Shown here: piece by piece, positions 60,583 through 64,000 of the stretch
Layout: the number at the start of each line of letters is the position of its first letter
How positions within the stretch are numbered: position 1 is the stretch's first letter
NCBI GenBank assembly: GCA_950097015.1
Contig: CATNEN010000002.1
Coordinates: forward strand, 558,001 to 622,000
Length of the DNA: 64,000 nt
Direction: 5' to 3'
From: Macrostomum hystrix
Lineage: Eukaryota > Animalia > Platyhelminthes
Notes under the pieces: generated by a model
Database searches by the model: none
What the model was told of the DNA's origin: nothing
The model's input: the letters and a program-made list of their open reading frames with translations, nothing else
Made by a program: the position numbers and the translations under genes

Positions 60583-63077
60583 GAGGCTGACAGTTCGAGT
60601 CGGTGGCCGTTGCTGCTGACCAGCGAGCAGGAATGCCGCGGTGCGGGCAGGGCGAAGTCCGTACTGTAGCTGAAGTGCGCCGGCTTGCCCACCAGCCAGT
60701 GAGCGGCGCCATTCAGGCTGAGCTTCACCGACCGCGAAGGAACTGCGTCTGCGGGTGTGGAGGCGAGACTAAATTTTTCCTCACTAGCTTCAAACCGTTT
60801 CAAAAGAGTGTAGCTTTTCCTTAAGAATGATACTCGAATGAAAACTTCGATCAACCTCATGCTGACAGTTTATTAAGATGAAACTGAGCGAAAATCGGAT
60901 CGCACCAACGAACTCGAGCGTCTCATAGACAGCCTGGCTTCCGCCGTCCGAGCACCTGTAGCTAAGAGTGAGCACTGCTCCCTGCATCCATAAATATCCG
61001 ATCAGCGAGAACCTCAGCTGGTTGTCTGACAACTAAAGTGAAAAAAACAAGCTGAAATGTGTTTTCGGCTAAACAGACAGCAAAGAGAAGCGGGATGATT
61101 ACCCTGTGGAATTCATTGGTCGGATTCGGTAGCACTGGAGTGCCGTTCGGAAGCTTCATAGTCAGAGTCACGTGACCTGGCTGTATTGTACAGGGCAGAT
61201 GCGCCAGCACCGTGACGCCGCGACCATCGGTGAGAAGCCGCAGGCCGCCATAATGACACTCGGTGGATTCAGATGTGCACACTGAGAACTTTCCAGCCTC
61301 TATGGCTGAAAGCGATCAAGTTGCTCTTCATCAGGGATAGCGTCTACATAGAAAGTATCATGGATACTAGTATCAGAAAGTAACTGGATCGGAGCTGTCA
61401 GTCACTAAAAAAAGATTTATTGAATGATTTGGCTGTAGGAATGGTGCAAGTTTCTGTATACAATGCCCGAAAATATTACTCAGAATTGCCAAGCCGACGA
61501 AGCTCATGTTCGCGTAATGGTCGGCCAGCTTACTCAGCAGGATGACGGACGCTCTGGTCTGCAATGCCGGACAGCTCAAATTGGAAATCAATTCTTGGGA
61601 CCTAGGAAATCAATATCGAATATTTTTTTAATTCTAAATTCCTAAATCAGGACGCCCACCTGACTGGCCAGCGAGCAGCAGGAGACTGTGAGCCGCTCCA
61701 CGACTGCGATCCCCGCAGCCTTGGCGGAGCCGCACAGTGAGAAGTGCTCTGATGGCTCGGCGCATCTGATGGCAGCGTACAGCTGTTCAGTCCAAGGACT
61801 GGGACTCCCCACCCTAAATTACCAAAACTACCAATCACCCCAGCTAATATTGCTATCCATTTAACAGCTGGATGAACTGAAGCAGTGCAGATTTTTGTGT
61901 TTTTCTAAATGACACAAATTGTGTCATGTCACAGTGGAGTCGTGAATCGAACCCCCGACCTTCAAGTCGGGAGTCCGACGCTCTAACCACTAGACCACGA
62001 GCCCACTCGGAGTCCAGCAACACCTATAGCTCTAAGCAAATCTCACTTACAATTCAATGTTTTGTGACCCACAGAGGTGCAGTAGACAGTGGTAGCCATG
62101 TATTGTAAAATGGGATTTCGGAAATCGGAACCTGTGCTACTCATACACTTTATTGCTATATTCATGATAACAAACTTCAAATAAGAAAATACAATAAATG
62201 TACGGCCAAGTTTTTCTCATAACTCTGAGCGTAAATTTTTGTTTATACGCTCGTATTAAGAAGTTAGCACATGTATATAAATGCTTGAATAAATAAGCAA
62301 ATAAAATGACTATACAATTTTGATAAACATTTTAGCGTAAAAGTACTGTCAGAAAATAGCTCCGCATATTATAAACTATAAGAAATTTTATAGGAATTAA
62401 AAATGTTCATCGCTTTATTAAAAGCTGCAATATTAACACTCAAAATGTCAGTCGGTTATCATTAAGGATTCTAAAGCTTGAAATAGAATATCTTGCTGTG
62501 TAGCTCTTAACAAGAATAAACAACGAGATAACTTCCGGATTCATTCTAGGCATATGTATAGATTATTCGTGAGCACCGACTGCGGTTCAACCTGTGCTTC
62601 ACCAGGGCGCAACTCTAAATATAGAGAAACTAAAGTATTGATAGATAGACTGGAAATTCAATCCTTATATTAAGAATATTTCACAATTTAAACACGGGAT
62701 TATAAACAAAAAATGTCTAATTATAGCGAGTCATCTAGAATAAGTTCTAAACAGGAAGAATTACTGAATATTTACTTTTGATAAATTTCTACAGCTAATA
62801 GAATGTGTTTATTAAAAGGAAGACAGCCATCAATGACGAACTCAGCAAGAAGGATAACAGTTTCCTGAACAATTCTTTGAAGTTAAGTCTTCAACGTGAG
62901 AACTATAACACAATTTCTTACACTGACTACTCTAAAGCACTTAGGACTACATTCAGTGCACTTCAGTATGCTCAGCAACTTCCAGTTGAAATAAAAGAAA
63001 GTCCATGTCCGTATTTTATCCATGACTCGTCGATGGATTAAACAAAACTCGACTTTCTAATTTTAAAGCACTCGCCA

Positions 63078-63745
63078 CTACATCTGGCCCTCTTGATGGA
63101 CACCTTCCATCGAATCAAGTGGCTGGCGTATGACTCGTCCGTTGCAGTCGCAGCTGACAAATGTCCTACCGTCGGTGTCAATGTGACCCACAATGTCTGT
63201 GTACAAGGTGAGGCTGCTCTCGGAGAGCTCTGCTGGCGGAAACTGACTAGATGCCCCCGGTTCTGGTTTCACCACTTGCAAGTAAACATCACCGGAGTCT
63301 GCGTAAGAGGTACCAGGCATGATTAGTGGCAGGGCAGGTGCGACAGACTTGGCCGCATTGTCATGCGTCGCTAGTGTGCCTGTTTTGCTAGGTATTGCCA
63401 GCTTTGTAGATTTGTCATTTGAGCCACATTTGGTTGGCTTAGCAGTTTTGCTGAGAGAAGCACGTTTAGCATTAGAGGCTCGATCAGATCTGGGGCGCGA
63501 GGCGGATTTGGCCGTTGACAGCGGTCGGACTCGTCTCCCAACAGCCAGTTCAGAGACTCTGCGGCCAGTGGCGTCCGTCGGCTTGCGGCGGCTGCGCACG
63601 ATGCAGAGAGCCACAATGAGACCCAGGGTGAGCAGCGAGGCCGTTGTTGCCGAGATGCCAATTCCCACTGATATGAAGAACAGATGGGTGGGCTCAGTTG
63701 AAGAGCCTCCTGGAATCGAAGTGGTGGTCCATTGATTTGCAGTAA
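63078..63745 (-). CDS. TM/cytoplasmic exon of Ig-like receptor copy C (upstream exons beyond the window)
   Basis: Same exon as 36933-37600 with a few substitutions. Confidence 0.7.
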
Positions 63746-64000
63746 CTGAAAGTTTACATCGAGCAATGAGTATTTTAAATTTTATTTCAGCTTTTGTATG
63801 GCAGAAAAAAAACTGAATAAAATCAAAATACATAAAATTAATCAGTGTCGAATCATTCTAAATGTTGGAAAAAATAGGATACAAATGATACGTAAATTAC
63901 TGTAAGATATAAAGGCTAAGGCAATAATTAAACATTTTTACTTTGGCTTGCCTGTAACTCCCGTACGAATACGGCAGTTTTATCAGTCAGTTGACTTACT

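Larger units (their letters stand above)
51974..63934. repeat. Tandem array unit 3 (11,961 bp; lacks the solo LTR); unit 4 begins at 63935
   Basis: Colinear with unit 2; shorter because of the empty LTR site near 63885. Confidence 0.95.

Noticed and set aside
62805-63041. 78-aa plus-strand ORF
   Set aside because: Has a premature stop in units 1 and 2, no recognisable motif, and lies in the 3' region of the receptor gene.
1-64000. CRISPR array or rRNA genes
   Set aside because: No repeat-spacer structure or rRNA signature; repeats are segmental duplications and microsatellites.

Overview
Eukaryotic (invertebrate metazoan-type) DNA made of a ~12-13 kb tandem array (unit starts at 1, 38951, 51974, 63935). 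Each unit carries a minus-strand, multi-exon single-pass receptor gene (signal peptide, 5-6 atypical Ig-like domains, TM, Tyr-motif tail) and remnants of a second related Ig-like gene. The first unit is interrupted by a 24.7 kb Polinton/Maverick (8123-32824; AGTAGT...ACTACT ends, ~204 bp TIRs, 6 bp TSD CCTGCC). It has a decayed pPolB and deleted major capsid gene but intact-looking integrase, ATPase, protease, minor capsid and core ORFs. It also carries unusual accessory genes: a 191-aa TBP-like gene (reconstructable, split by an insertion), a tandem PC4-like gene, a DEDD-like nuclease and a Zn/LxCxE/Gln-rich ORF. Nested in the Polinton is a 5'-truncated Ty3/Gypsy cDNA that still carries 61 nt of its tRNA-iMet primer. 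There are also two complementary halves of a LOA-type LINE, flanked by 348 and 516 bp target duplications. All protein family calls come from motif recognition by eye; no database search was run, and novelty claims need checking.
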